NCBI GenBank assembly: GCA_012295275.1
Contig: CM022676.1
Span: 11,718,001-11,782,000, forward strand
Origin: Chrysomallon squamiferum
Taxonomy: Eukaryota > Animalia > Mollusca
DNA length: 64,000 bases
Direction of reading: 5' to 3'
The notes under the pieces are model-generated. The model saw nothing but the letters and a program-made list of their open reading frames with translations, was not told the DNA's origin and did no database searches. This document shows, piece by piece, positions 42,515 to 55,823 of this stretch. Made by a program: the position numbers and the translations under genes. Numbering within the stretch: the stretch's first letter is position 1; each line of letters begins with the position of its first letter.

Positions 42515-42604
42515 CAGAACAACATGAATAAGCTAATGGCAGTTCTAAAAATATTTCGTCGTTCACTTTTCGCCATTTCTTAATGTATAAAGGGCGATAA
42601 CTGT
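42515..42604 (-). promoter_or_regulatory. Predicted start-site motif and non-coding exon 1 of ZF-3
   Basis: ACAGTTATCGCCCTT at 42604-42590, AAATGGCG (ATG at 42576), and donor CTG|gtgagt at 42514. Confidence 0.55.
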
Positions 42605-44410
42605 CTTCTAGAGTTATTTATGAAAATGTAACCAAAATAGATAAAAAAATATATATTAATAAAAATAAAAACGTACTGCCTAAATTAAGATTACTCTTCT
42701 AATTACAGCTTTGTTACTGCTGCTGTTTCTAATAATAAACATATTTTAAAAAGCGAAACTGACCCATAGTAAAAATAGTTTCTCGTTTTTAAAATTAACA
42801 TATTAAATGTTTATACAATTCTACAGTATTTGGAATTTGGAATTAACATCACAATGAACAAACCCATGAATGAATGAACATCATTTGAATGTTAAAAACA
42901 ACTGGATATCAAAATACTTTTATTTATTTATTTATTTATTTATTTATTAACTTTATTTTAAATTTTGTTATTTTTATTTTCATAGCGATTAGGCAATTCT
43001 GATATACAGTTATTGATCAGAAAGGATCGATCATTTCTCCTAATTGGCAGTTTGTCGTAATCACTGCTTCACGAATTATTTATGAAAGTTTATTGTGTTT
43101 ATTTATACAGTTACGTTCGTTTTGTAGAAGATTGTTGTTAGAGCTAACTAACTGAAGCGATTTTTACAGACATCGTATCATTATAAAATAAAGAAAGAAG
43201 GATTAAAAGAAGGAAGGAAAGAAAAAGTAAAATAAAAATGTTAGTAAAAAGAAAGAGAAGGAAGGAAAAAAAAAATAATAAATGAATGAAATAAACATTA
43301 AAATAACAAATTAAGGTAATAAATAATAACAATAATAAATAAATAAATAAATTAAAAAAATGAAAATAAAAGATAAATAATAAACCAGAGAGATTTTTTT
43401 TTTTTTAATATTTTGATTATTATTGTTAATATTATTTTTGTTTAAGTCAGATGTGATTCTTCTAGAATACTTACATTGCTCACAATGCTTTTATTATAAA
43501 GTTAAATTTATATCAGTTTTAATTAAGTACTGTTTACAAAACCTTATTTACAACTGCTTTATCAAAGGTCATAACATGCTGGTTCTTCTATAAATCAAAG
43601 TGACTGTCTAGAATGGGAAATAACTAATATATGCTCTATTTAGGATTGATCCTAGGACCTCTCAAGTGACAAATCTACTATGAGGAACAACAGTCTCTAC
43701 TTATAAGTAAAAATAACATAAAATTGAATCTTTCAAAAACAGAAAAACAACACAGTCAGTATTGAGAAAACAAAGTTTTATTTTATTAATACAATACAGA
43801 CATTATATCAAGTGTGTTGAAGGCACCAAGTTAAAAACAAAATCAGGGTAACTGAAGAGAGTATATTTACTAATTAATCAACACAAGCACAGTTTTTGAT
43901 TTGCTCTATCCTAATTGACAGAATGGTTATTCCAATCCTATTTAGACAACATAAAAATATGAAAACTTCTGACTAATTTTATGTAATCAGCATTTGGCTA
44001 TCCTCAGAAAAGACTGTAATCCCATCTTGAGTATGATACTGTTTGTCTACTTTCTCATAACTTGCTGGCAAAACACTCCTTTATTTATAACTGAGATCAG
44101 CTTCTCAGTGATCAGTCACTTAACCTCAGAACAGATCTTTCATCCTTCTCTCTGATTTATTTATTTATTTATTATTATTTTGTTAAAGCAAAAACACAAA
44201 ACTACTATGTGTGGTATTTGACATTAGATAATTATCTAAACATTAAACTATAACAAATTATTTTTGTACAGAGAAAGAAACATTTTTATATAGATTTTAT
44301 ACCCTCCTGCATTTCAGTGACAACCGACTGCAAATACCAGTATGTGATAATATTAACATACAACAGTTGAAACACTTTCACAAGTAACATCACTTAACTG
44401 TGGTAGTTTT

Positions 44411-44469
<59 letters not shown>

Positions 44470-44881
44470 ACACTCACTCATTCTTTTGCACATAAATTTT
44501 GCACCTTATCAAGTGACTATTTTGTTACTCTGTCAAATCCAACCTCTGCTAAAGATAAAGTATGTTAATAAATTAACACAACAGTCATTCTTTTTCATCA
44601 TACCATTTTGTACATCAAATGTACAAACATCTTCACAGACCATGCCATTGCAAACTGACCATTTCTTGTATACTGTTATGAAAATTCCAGGTAATCTTCC
44701 ATCCTTGCAAATTTTTATTCAAACTTTATTATCAGGAAAGGTTGAGATACAGTTTTAATTTGTTTACATCAACAGAGAAACACTTTAGACTTTTTGTGTA
44801 TTAACATGTGAAAACATTAACAATTAACATTTTGATAACATTAACACTTTTACATTCAGTAATATTAACAGTTTTCAATAC

Positions 44882-44914
<33 letters not shown>

Positions 44915-45329
44915 TACAAGAAAAAGGTCAAGATACAGTAAATTTTAATCTTTTTTACAAAAGTAGTTAGTGGAAATAGATGCAACAATTTATTCATAAT
45001 CTAAACATTTCCTGTACATCATGATGATGAAAGATAATTATAAAATGATAATTAAAAATATTATAAAATAATAATTGCAAAAAAATAATGAACTAGGTAA
45101 TTTTAAGAAATAGTTAGTCAGTATTAATAAAAACCATAACCCCCCCCAAAAAAAACCCCACCTAAATTAATAATCGGAAAACAATAAAAAGTAATTACAT
45201 TGTAATAATTAAAAATATAATAATATAAAAAGATATTGTTTTAAAAAATGGCAACAATCACAGGTCCACAAACTTAGTATTGTGTTAATCTACACCTTTA
45301 GTGTGCTTACAGAATACGCTAATTTGTAC

Positions 45330-45615
45330 AGCATTCATTGTATTAATTCGCAATATTCCAAACTGAAATCAATTCATTGTATTAATTCACAAAATTCCAA
45401 ACTGAAATCAATTCATTGTATTAATTTGCAATATTCCAAACTGAAATCAATTCATTGTATTAATTCACAAAATTCCAAACTGAAATCAATTCATTGTATT
45501 AATTTACTATATTCCAAACTGAAATTAATTCATTGTATTAATTTAGTATATTCCAAACTGAAATTAATTCACTGATTTAATATATTCCAAACTAAAATTC
45601 ATTGTAATAATTCAG
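45330..45615. repeat. 39-bp minisatellite, ~7 copies, degenerating rightward
   Basis: Unit attcattgtattaattcacaaaattccaaactgaaatca. Confidence 0.92.
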
Positions 45616-48600
45616 TTTAAATTAATTGTAAAATTGTTATTTATCCTGCATTCACAGTGTGCAATTTAAACTGAATACAATAATAATAATAATAATAATA
45701 ATTATTATTATTATTATTATTTAATATTTTAAAAAATAATATTTTGACTGAATGAATATTAACTTGTTTAATGACAGCTAGAGGTAAAAGAAAAGAAAAA
45801 AAATTCTTCTGTAAACCTTTATCAGTTAAAGCAAAAGATTTTGCACAGAGCTGCCCATGAACAGGAAAAAACACTTATGTAATGAAACTGTAGACATGAT
45901 TTTACAATGTATTTATTAATACATAAAGAGGTTACATTTCAAAACATGCATTTTTCTTTTTCACTTTAATCCCATTACCATAACAAACTATTAATAAATG
46001 TACAGATCAGTAAATTTGATAAAAAAAAATTCTTGTGTCAATTATCTGATGGTTGTTAATAAAGAAGAGATATCTTTTTTTTTTTTCTTAATGACATTAC
46101 AGCTGCAATTAATTTATATCTACTACAGCCTGTGTTTGTTATTGATAAATGTGTGGTTACCATAGTTACTGCTGGTATCCAGCAATGATACGATTTTATA
46201 CTCCAACCATCATGTGTAAATCAATGTATGTTTAAAACAAGCTTATAAAACCCAAGGCTTATAAAATACATCAATAAAAAAAACATTTAAAATTCTGCTT
46301 TTTACATGTAACCAAGAGTAAAGAGAAATAAACTAGTAAAAATAAGTTTCATTTCAAATTACTGCAAATAAATAATTTTAAAACAAACAAAAAACCCCAC
46401 AAAAAACAAACAAAACATTTGAACGATTATAATACACAAAATTCTGCTTTTCACATAATTTTAAACAAACACAGTGAAAGAATTAAATATTTACACAGTA
46501 ATAAAATATTTAAGTTTCAAAGTGGAGTTTTCACAATAGATAATTAAAATGTTAAACATGAATGTAAAATAAATAGAACTGTGGAACAATAAATATGTTA
46601 GTTAAAAAAGTGACAGAAAAAAAAACAAAAAACAATCTTCAGAAGAAAACAGTAATAATAAAAAAGAAAATAATCCATAATCATATTATGCTGCATTTAA
46701 CAAACTAAATTACTCATATAATTTCATGTAAGAAAGTATTTCATTGGATGATTTTGTAAAACAATGAACTAATCGAGTAACTTGTTTCAAGGCTTAAATT
46801 TCAGTACACACAAAAACACATGAAAAGTCATACGTTTTACTACTCTGTTGTTACAAGGTGTGTGATTGGTCAAGGATTGGTAATGTAAGAGAGGTAATAA
46901 TTATTTCAAATTGAAAGGATTTTTTTTCTACAAAATTCTCAATTATTTGGCTGTATGCATGTGACTAGGGCAAAGTTTGAAAATGTTTTAAACTGTGAAG
47001 ATCTATTATATAATGTATTGTTTTATAGTGTACTGTATTATATTAAGAAGTGAGAGAATGTGTGAATTTTTGTTCTAATGGTACCAAAGCAGACAAGACA
47101 AATATTTTGATCTTGAAGACATCAAACAATGGAAACTGGTATTTCACATATCACTGAATTGCTCAAATGTCTAATATTTTTGAAAATAAAATATTAAATT
47201 GACGATGACAAAGCTTCAGTAATATTTTCTATAGATTATATTTTCCTTGAAATAATAGTAATACTACTATTGCTTCTGCTTCTGCTAATAATAATAACAA
47301 TAGCAATAATAAAATTTAGAAAACAAAAACAAATATTAATTTTAACAAAATAAATAAATAAATTTATAAAAAATAAAAAATAAGTACAATCTGAAGTAAA
47401 AATAAAAATAAAAGAAAAAAGAAAAGAAAAAGAAATAAAGAAATAAGGAAAAGAAAAGTTTAAGGTTAAAATTGTGTCATATACATTAATGTATTAATAA
47501 AGATTAATTGAAATCAAAATTTTTAGCATTATTTAATTTTTATTCCTAAATGAAAAATATATCAAATCTTCTACAATATCATCTACTCTTGTCTACACCA
47601 TTACATTTCTAGACTAGGCTAAATCAATATTTCAAAATGAGTAGATTTTTATAAACACTGTTTTATCTATATTTTGTAACAGTATTTAGAATAAGTAAAT
47701 AACTGCAAAGATCTTGTTACTATATGAAAATTAGAAAATAATATCTGTCTGGGTTAGATTAAATAATTATGTCAGTCCTTATCTAAATATTTTTGTAAAA
47801 AATTATTTTTTTTTTTAGAAAATAACAAAATAGAAAATAAAGACATGAAGAGGCTTAACAATTATATCAAAATTATAAGTGGTCTAGATTTATCTAAACA
47901 TTAATAAGAATTATAACAGTGTCTACATTTATCTAAACATAAATTTCAGATTTATTTAAATAATGTTTTTCTACATGTGGACTATCCAAATATTTGTCTA
48001 AAATGATTTATCTACATTCAGATTCAGCAAGCTGCTATAGCGTCTAAATAAAAAGAAACAGTTTTATAAATTATAAGAATGTTGGTTTCAAAATCCACTA
48101 GTTACTAACTACAACAGCATCTGGTCTGATATGTTTAATTATAGTTTAGTACAAAAAAGATGAATTTAAACAAAAAGATTACAAAATGTAAGTTCTTACA
48201 AAATAAAATTATAAATTCCAAAACCCCAAAACCCATACAATAACAAACAGAAAATAAAATACAGTTTAGAAAATATACAATAAATTTAAAACACATTAAT
48301 ATATAAAAATAAAAAATAAAAGAAGAAAAAAGGTAGTAGTTATAATAATTTCAATTTTTTGTTTAGTAATAATAATAAAAAAAATCAAAAAGAAAAATCA
48401 AGTCCTTTGTATGTCAAGCAGATCAAGAAAGTTAAATTCCTGATCCTGTCGAACATTTAAAACTGTGTGGCGCATGTCAGCCATTCTGAACGTAACATCA
48501 TTCATTAGTGGTATAATTAAACATTTGTCTAAAAAAACACACAGAAAACATGTCATTTGTTTTCAAGAGTACAACAAATAACTCAACTGTGACTGGTTCA

Positions 48601-48830
48601 AGCTGCAAGTTCAAACCTGAAGAAAACTTGTAAACATGTCAACAAATCGACGTCCAGTGTAACGAATAAACACAAATCTGTTATTTCAGACATCTCCACT
48701 TCAACACAAACATCACACAAGCTACTGGGGAGAGGCTTGTAACATTATTAGACACAGTTGACGGGTGTTCTATTATTAGAAACAGTTGACGGGTGTTCTG
48801 TTATTAGACACAGAGGAGGGGGGATGTGTT

Positions 48831-50776
48831 CTAATAATAGTAGTGTGAGCGGGGGGGCTGTGGGTACTCAAAACAGTTCTGAGGACGCTCACAGTTCGTG
48901 GCTTGATGTCGTCTCAGTGACTCGAGTCGTGAGAAGTTCTTGCCGCAGTGACAGTAGTGTGCACTGCTGGGGAACGCCGATGTAGCTGCTGCCAGGCTCG
49001 TTTCAGCAGTGGGCGGGGCTGCTGCGTGGTGGGAGACGCTGCTGTCACTCTTCCACGCGTACGGAGATGACGTCGTCCTACTGAAGTCAGTGTGACTTGG
49101 GTGAGCGTGAGTATCAAACTGTGAGTCTGATTTTGAGCAGCCGAGTCGACAGTTCCTGTGAGCTGACTCAAAATCGGACATAGGAGGCACCGAAACCGAC
49201 TCACAGCTCACAGTTGTCATGGGACAACTCAACTCCGACATTCGGCTGTCAGCTTTATCGTTCAGTTCTGACACTCGACTGTCAGGTCTGTAATTCAGTT
49301 CTGACATTCTGCTGTCAGCTCTGTAACTCAATTCTGACACTCGGCTGTCAGTTTTAAGACTCAAGTCTGAGATCCTACTGTCAGTTCTGTAACTCAATTC
49401 TGATACGTGGCTGTCAGTTTTATGACTCAAGTCTGACATTCTACTGTCAGTTCTGTAACTCAGTTCTGACACTCGGCTGTCAGTCTTATCATTTGTTTCT
49501 GACACTTGACTGTCAGGTCTGTAACTCATATCTGACACTCGGCCGTAATTCTCATTACTCAACTCTGACACTCGGCTATCAGTCTTCCCGCTTGAGAATT
49601 TAGTCACATTTTTTCCACTCAAAGCTTCCCACCTAAATTTTGGTGGGTGGGGCACATTTCCCCCAGACTTCATGTCTCCCATGTCATAAGTTTTTGAACT
49701 AGAACTCATTTGTTTGTCGTGAGTTTTGAGTCTTTGAGTCAAATCGAGTTCATGAGGTTTTACATCATAACTAAATTCTGTTTTACCAACACTGTGAGTA
49801 GATTCCTTTTTGTACGTGCTCACACTGTGAGCTGACTGTCGCTCTCCACTGCTCACACTACAAACAGAATCTTTATCGTACACATTTGCACTGTGAGTCG
49901 ATTCCCTTTTACTGCGACTAACACTGTGAGTAGAGTCCTTTTCTCCACTGTTTGCACTTTGAGTTCGGTCTTTTTCACCTGTACTCACTCTGTGAGTCAT
50001 TTCTCCTTTATCGGAGCTCACAGCCTGAGCGGGCTCCTTTTCGTACGTGCTTGCCGATTCTGTCTGGCTGCTGTGAGTCGAGTCTATTTCACTGGTGCTC
50101 ACTTTGTGAGCGGAGCGCGTCCTGCCTGCTCGGTTGCTCCAGTCAGTTTTGAGACAGTGGGTCTGGGTGTGTCTGTTGAGCGAGTCCGCCCGGGAGAACA
50201 GCTTCCCGCAGGCCGAGCAGATCAGCGTCTTCTTCTTCACCCCGTGCGTCAGTTTGTGCGTCTGCAATGTGTTGGCGCTGCGGAAGTGGCGCTTGCACAT
50301 GTCGCAGCCGAACGACTTCTCCCCGCTGTGCGTGAGCAGGTGTCGTGAGAGCGTGTCCGAGCGAGAGAACCGCTTCTCGCAGACCTTGCACGCGAACTTC
50401 TTCTCGTGCGTGTGCACCAGCACGTGCGACTTCATGCAGCCGATCATCGTGAACTTGCGGCCGCAGAACTGACAGGCGTACGGCTTCTCGCCCGTGTGGA
50501 TGCGCGAGTGGCGGAAGAGGCTGTCCCCGCGCGTGAACGTCTTCCCGCAGACGCGACAGCGATGTCGGTCGCCCTCCTCGTGGGAGCGCACGTGTTTGAC
50601 AAGGAGGTACATCTTGTCGAATTTCTCCTTGCAGATCCAGCACGTGGGCTGGATCCCGGAGTCCTCCTCCTCCTGACTGTCGGAGGAGGACTTGGCTGCG
50701 TTCTCCGCGCTGCTGTGAGCAGGAGATGTCATGTGACTGGGGTCGGCCAAGTGTGAAGTCTTCTGATCAGACGTTC
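48831..50776 (-). CDS. C2H2 zinc-finger protein ZF-4, last coding exon (6 tandem fingers, Ser-rich repeats, 1 C-terminal atypical finger)
   Basis: Acceptor tgtgttaacag| before 50776, phase 1. Model join(53173-53032, 52299-52048, 50776-48831) = 2340 nt = 779 aa + stop. The track's N-terminal poly-I/F stretch is intronic. Confidence 0.93.
49225..49590 (-). repeat. Coding minisatellite in ZF-4: ~11 x 33 bp (DSRVSELSYRT)
   Basis: Visible in both DNA and protein. A second, 12-aa repeat (..STHSVS....) lies at ~49790-50115. Confidence 0.9.
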
Positions 50777-50891
50777 CTGTTAACACACGAATACAACAGT
50801 ACAGGAAACAATAATAAAATTTAAATTTAAAAAAAAAACCCACCAAAAACCCCAGCAAAAACAAAGGCTTAATTAAACATGTATCAAAATA

Positions 50892-50922
<31 letters not shown>

Positions 50923-52047
50923 GCAAATTTAAAACCATCACACAAAACAATATAAATAATAATAATAAAATAGAAACAAAAGCTTAATTAGCCATGTATC
51001 AAAATAAATAATAATAAATAGTAATACTAAAAAACATTATTAAAAGCAAAAATAAATAATAATAATAATCATAATAATAATAATCTTAATAATAAATATA
51101 ATAATAATAATTATAATAATAAAAGAAAATTTAAAACCATCACATAAAACATATAAATAATAATAATAATAAAGTAAATAAATATAAAAATAAAACATAA
51201 TACTAAAAAAAAAAATTTAATTAGAACAAAATATAAAAATATATAAAAGAGCTGTAAGTTTAACAAAATATTACTTGTGACTTTTTTCTCAGCTAATATA
51301 TTTGATGGCTGATACAAATTTTCTAATGTTTCATGTTATTATAATAAATTTCAATAATAATGTTAACAAAAATTTGAACAGAGAATAGAAGTTTGAAACA
51401 TACTGGTATCATTTACAACAGTTTTGTATGACATTTTAGCCATTAAATTTTGAGGAAAGTGTCATCACATTAAACAAGCATTCTGTGTTACATCAACCAA
51501 AATAATGGCAAAATGAAACTCGCTCCCTGCAGTTTTGCTGAAAACTGGAATATAAATTAATTGTGGCTGAAAAAATTGATATTTCCACTTGACTGGACAA
51601 GTGCTTTCCAAGATGTTTTCATCTCAGCTGTGGCGTTTTAGACCAAAACGTGGCTGACACTGATATTGAAATAACCACAGATGAGAAAGAAACTGCTCAG
51701 TCCAGAAAGGTAATTTTACAAAGATTCCATGCATACTACAAATGAAAATATGTTTTTTCAGCTCAGTTACCCTAAACAGAAAATTACAGAAAAATCAGTT
51801 TGAGGATTCATCCTCTGGGTGATTTGATATAATATAATAATGAAAACATTTATTACATAATATTTAAAAAACAGCAACTAAATCTGTAAATGTACAGATG
51901 ACAGACAAAAAGACACCAGACAGTTATACAGATACACAGGTTGATACAAGGCTGACAGACAAGTACACACAGACATGTACACACAGGTTGATACAAGGCT
52001 GACAGACAAGTACACACAGACACGTACAGACAGACTGATAAACAGAC

Positions 52048-52299
52048 CTTCACACTGGTTTTTTTCTAAGTAAGCATTCATCAGCTTGTTGCTTGCTCGT
52101 CTGTAGATTTCGAACCACTCTTCAACGGTGCTGACGGTTTCTCCTCCACGACCACTCAACAACAGCTTGAACTCTTCCAGCTCCTTCTCGTCAGTGTCAG
52201 GCAGACATCTGGGTACAACATCGTCACAGGGACGTCGCAGGTTAGGCTCGGGTTGATTCGCTGTTGATGGTAAACTTGTCACTAAAGTTGACGGATATT
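52048..52299 (-). CDS. ZF-4 internal coding exon (84 codons, phase 1-1)
   Basis: Acceptor tttaattttag| at 52300 and donor GAAG|gtctgt at 52047. Open frame YPSTLVTSLP...EKNQCE. Confidence 0.8.
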
Positions 52300-53031
52300 C
52301 TAAAATTAAAATAAAAAATTGAAAATGCTATTAAAAAAGTGAAATAAAATTTCCAAAGCTCTCTCTCTATATATAATTTTGGTAATTAAAACAAAACATA
52401 CATACATACACACATTGAGACACACACACACATTATATGGAGAAAAGCGTTTTTACATAATTACAAAAATTAATAACTTAGAATGAGCTGGGTTTTTTCA
52501 TTACTCTTTTATTTTCTGTCATCCAGCTGTCCACAAAAGGGAATCTTGCTTGACATCCGATGTAAAGGCACATACACAAAAAAACTTACTGTAATTTGAT
52601 AATATAGTCAGGAAATAGTGAAAACAGGCTTCCATATCACTGTTATTAAAATACTATACAAACAGTAACTACTAAAGTGTTAAACTCATTCTTTGATTTC
52701 AGTTAGAAGAAAAGAATCATAAATTCAGAGAATGTACAGCAAATATGCTAAAGCTGATTAAAATACATATAGATGTTATAACAGTCAGTCATCACAAATA
52801 TTTTTCTTTGTATCATTTTAAAACGATCCATCAATTTAGACATTGATACCAGTGAAAACATTTTAAGTATTCAGTGAGGGTATGTCAGATCTGATGTAAA
52901 GTTAAAGTTAATTTAATAAATGGAAATGTAGATATATAGATAGATAGATATATATAGATAGATGGATGAATGGATGAATGGATGGAAGGATAGAGAGACA
53001 GATAGACAGATAGATCAGTCGCTGTTCTTAC

Positions 53032-53173
53032 CATTCTGCAAAGATCCACCAGCGAGGTAGTTTACATCAGTGTAGTATTTGGAGTTGGCACACTCATTAG
53101 ACGTAAAGTTTGCGTAGGGGATGTTTTCACTGCTTGTCTGATTCCTTACTTCCTGTGATGTGCTTGTTTGCAT
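53032..53173 (-). CDS. ZF-4 first coding exon (MQTSTSQEVRNQ...GGSLQN)
   Basis: ATG at 53173 with an in-frame stop upstream. 142 nt to donor G|gtaaga at 53031, phase 1. Acceptor at ~53238-53243. Confidence 0.75.
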
Positions 53174-53664
53174 CTCTACCGACTGACAGGGTCAGTCTCA
53201 GCTCCACCTCTGTGTGTCCTCACACATCCAGTTCTTCTGATCTGGTAATATTATTATATTTTATTTATCTATTATTTTCAAACATTATAATTCCACAATT
53301 AAATTAAATTTTGTAATCTGTAAGTTTACTATTGACAGTATTGTTAACATTAAACGTGAATTAAAAAACTAATAAATAGAAACAATTTTGTGATATTAGT
53401 ATAACGCCACCGATGGCGATTCTATGATCTGAAATAACAGGACATATATATATATATATATAAAATTTCTTTCATTTTTTTTATTTTTTTATTATTCAAC
53501 AATAAATTTGACAGGACGAACTATTTCCTGGTTGTTTTCGGGACCATTTTTATCCTTTCAAATAGTTAATAAATAAACTCATAAATACTAAAAACAAAAT
53601 CGTCAAGAGTTTGGTAAGCATATTAAAAAATCAAAGTAAAAATGTAAATACAATTTTAATTTAC

Positions 53665-53721
53665 TTCAAACCTTCCTTCCTTTCACATTCTTGTCGCCAT
53701 TATTAAAAGGGGGATAACTCT
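53665..53721 (-). promoter_or_regulatory. Predicted start-site motif and non-coding exon 1 of ZF-4
   Basis: AGAGTTATCCCCCTT at 53721-53707, ATGGCG at 53700 (uORF MATRM*), and donor GAA|gtaaat at 53664. Confidence 0.5.
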
Positions 53722-55769
53722 AGATATAATATTTTGTCCTCAATTTGTTAGCTATGATTTTAAAATACATTTGGCGAAATAAAACGAAAAATAAGTAAAG
53801 AAAATGTTTCAGTTGGCGAAAACTATTTTTGGCTATGTTATCAGCGAAATATTATTACAGAGTATTTTTTCAGATGTAAAGTACTTTATAGTAAAAACAA
53901 ATAATAATAAAAATAAATAAATAAATAAAAGGAAAAAACAAATAATAATAAAAATAAATAAATAAATAAAAGGAAAAAACAAATAATAATAAAAATAAAT
54001 AAATAAATAAAAGGAAAAAACAAATAAAAATTAAATATAAAAATTAATAAATAATTAATAGAAAGCATTAGGTGAAACAACATTATTTTTCCCGTTACAA
54101 CTAGCATATATAAAATATATATCTAAGAACGTGGACTTTCTTGGTAGCGAGGAATGCTACCCAATATGTCTTTAATTTAGATTAATTCAGCAGACATCAA
54201 CATTTTTAACTTCTCACCTTATAAGTATTTAAATAAATAAAATTTAAAAAAAACAATGCATTTACATTCTTTTGAGAATACTGTATTGTTATAAATACAT
54301 TATCATCATCATTACAGAAAAAAAAAAAAAAAAGATGTCAACAAATAAAACAATCGCTTGAAGTGTATGTAAACACATATATTTAGGTTAAAATTTGTTC
54401 ATAGGCTACTAACATATATTATATCTACCAAGCCAAGATCCAATATAGAAAACATACTGCTAATAAAAATGACAAAGAGAGTTCAGACTATAACATATAA
54501 ATAACAGTCGATTCTCTACAATTTTTTATTTTATTTATAAGTCCACTACATCACAATGACCTCTTAAAAAAGCTCGTGACTTTAAACACTGACGTCACTG
54601 TGACATAGCCTCTGAGTTATGCATTCAGTTCACAATGGCCCAAGAAACTCTATCCTTATAGTTAAATTTAAAGTTGTGTAATATATTGGCACTATTAGTT
54701 TACACATTCCGTTCACAAAGATCTTAAACTCCATTAAGTTAAAAACTATGTACAATAATATTTATATGATTAACAAGACTAAGCCAGAAAGAAAGAAAGA
54801 AAGAAAGAAAAAAAAAACCCACACAAAACAAACAAATTGTTTAGCGTGCATCCTATTCAGTTTGTCCAGGTATGGAGGTTGGTTTTAATTTTATTTTGTA
54901 TGTAGCATGGCGGTATACTCCAAAAAGAAAAGATACATCCATAGTATTCATGAGAGTTTAAACTCTAAGTCTCTATTTTAAGTTTTTCTATCTTTCTTTC
55001 TTTTTTTTTTTTCTTTTTAAATAAAAAATATAAAAAATTAAACTATTTGAAAATTGGGGGCTGTTCGAAATCGGGTGGAAAGCCAAACAAGTGTGGCTTT
55101 TTTTTGTCTTTTTCAAAAAATTTAATATTTTAATTAATTAATTAAACAAGGAAAAAAACAACAACAACAAAGCAAAGCAAAGAAAAGCAAAACTTACAAA
55201 ATAATTTAATTCCAAAAAAAAAATATAATAATAATAATAATAACAATAAATAAATAAATAAAAATAAATATATATAAATAAATAAAATAAAATGATATAA
55301 AATAAAAACTCCGATTTTATTATTTCTCTCTGCTTGTCTACATATCATCTGTCTGTCTGTCGTTAAAAAGATGTGCACGATTAATTGAGTTTATTTTATT
55401 TATTTATTAAATTTGGGGAAAACACCAGATTGAACACGGTTTCCTATCTAAATTCTATTACAGTATACGCATAAAAAATTTATGTTTCATTCTTTCTATT
55501 AGAAATATTTCATACGTATACAGCAATTGCAATAAGAAATAATAAATTTATTTAAGTACATCACTTGTGCACTTCAGCTTAGAAATATTGGACTTTATGA
55601 AATAAAGAAATAAAAAGAGAAGAAAAAGAAAGAAAATCGAGAGAGAGAAAGAAAAAAGATGAGAGAATGTACCCATAAAGGCAAATAAGAAAAAGTATGA
55701 GGCCCTATCTCTCTAATTTTATTTAAGTAGGCTATGTAATTATATCATTTGTTACAATTCTATTTTTAT

Positions 55770-55781
55770 ACGCATGCGCAC
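55770..55781. promoter_or_regulatory. NRF1-like element in the Ig-gene promoter
   Basis: ACGCATGCGCA lies ~45 nt upstream of ATG 55824. Confidence 0.45.
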
Positions 55782-55823
55782 TGCAGTTTAGCAGATGACA
55801 ACTTGAATGTCGGCTAGCTGACA

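Noticed and set aside
31528-50756. Antisense and alternate-frame ORFs overlapping the finger arrays
   Set aside because: They are shadow ORFs expected from GC-rich codon usage and have no recognisable products.
50777-50945. Hydrophobic N-terminus on the 704-aa ORF suggesting a membrane-bound ZF protein
   Set aside because: It is intronic (ATT)n/poly-T sequence upstream of the acceptor at 50777.
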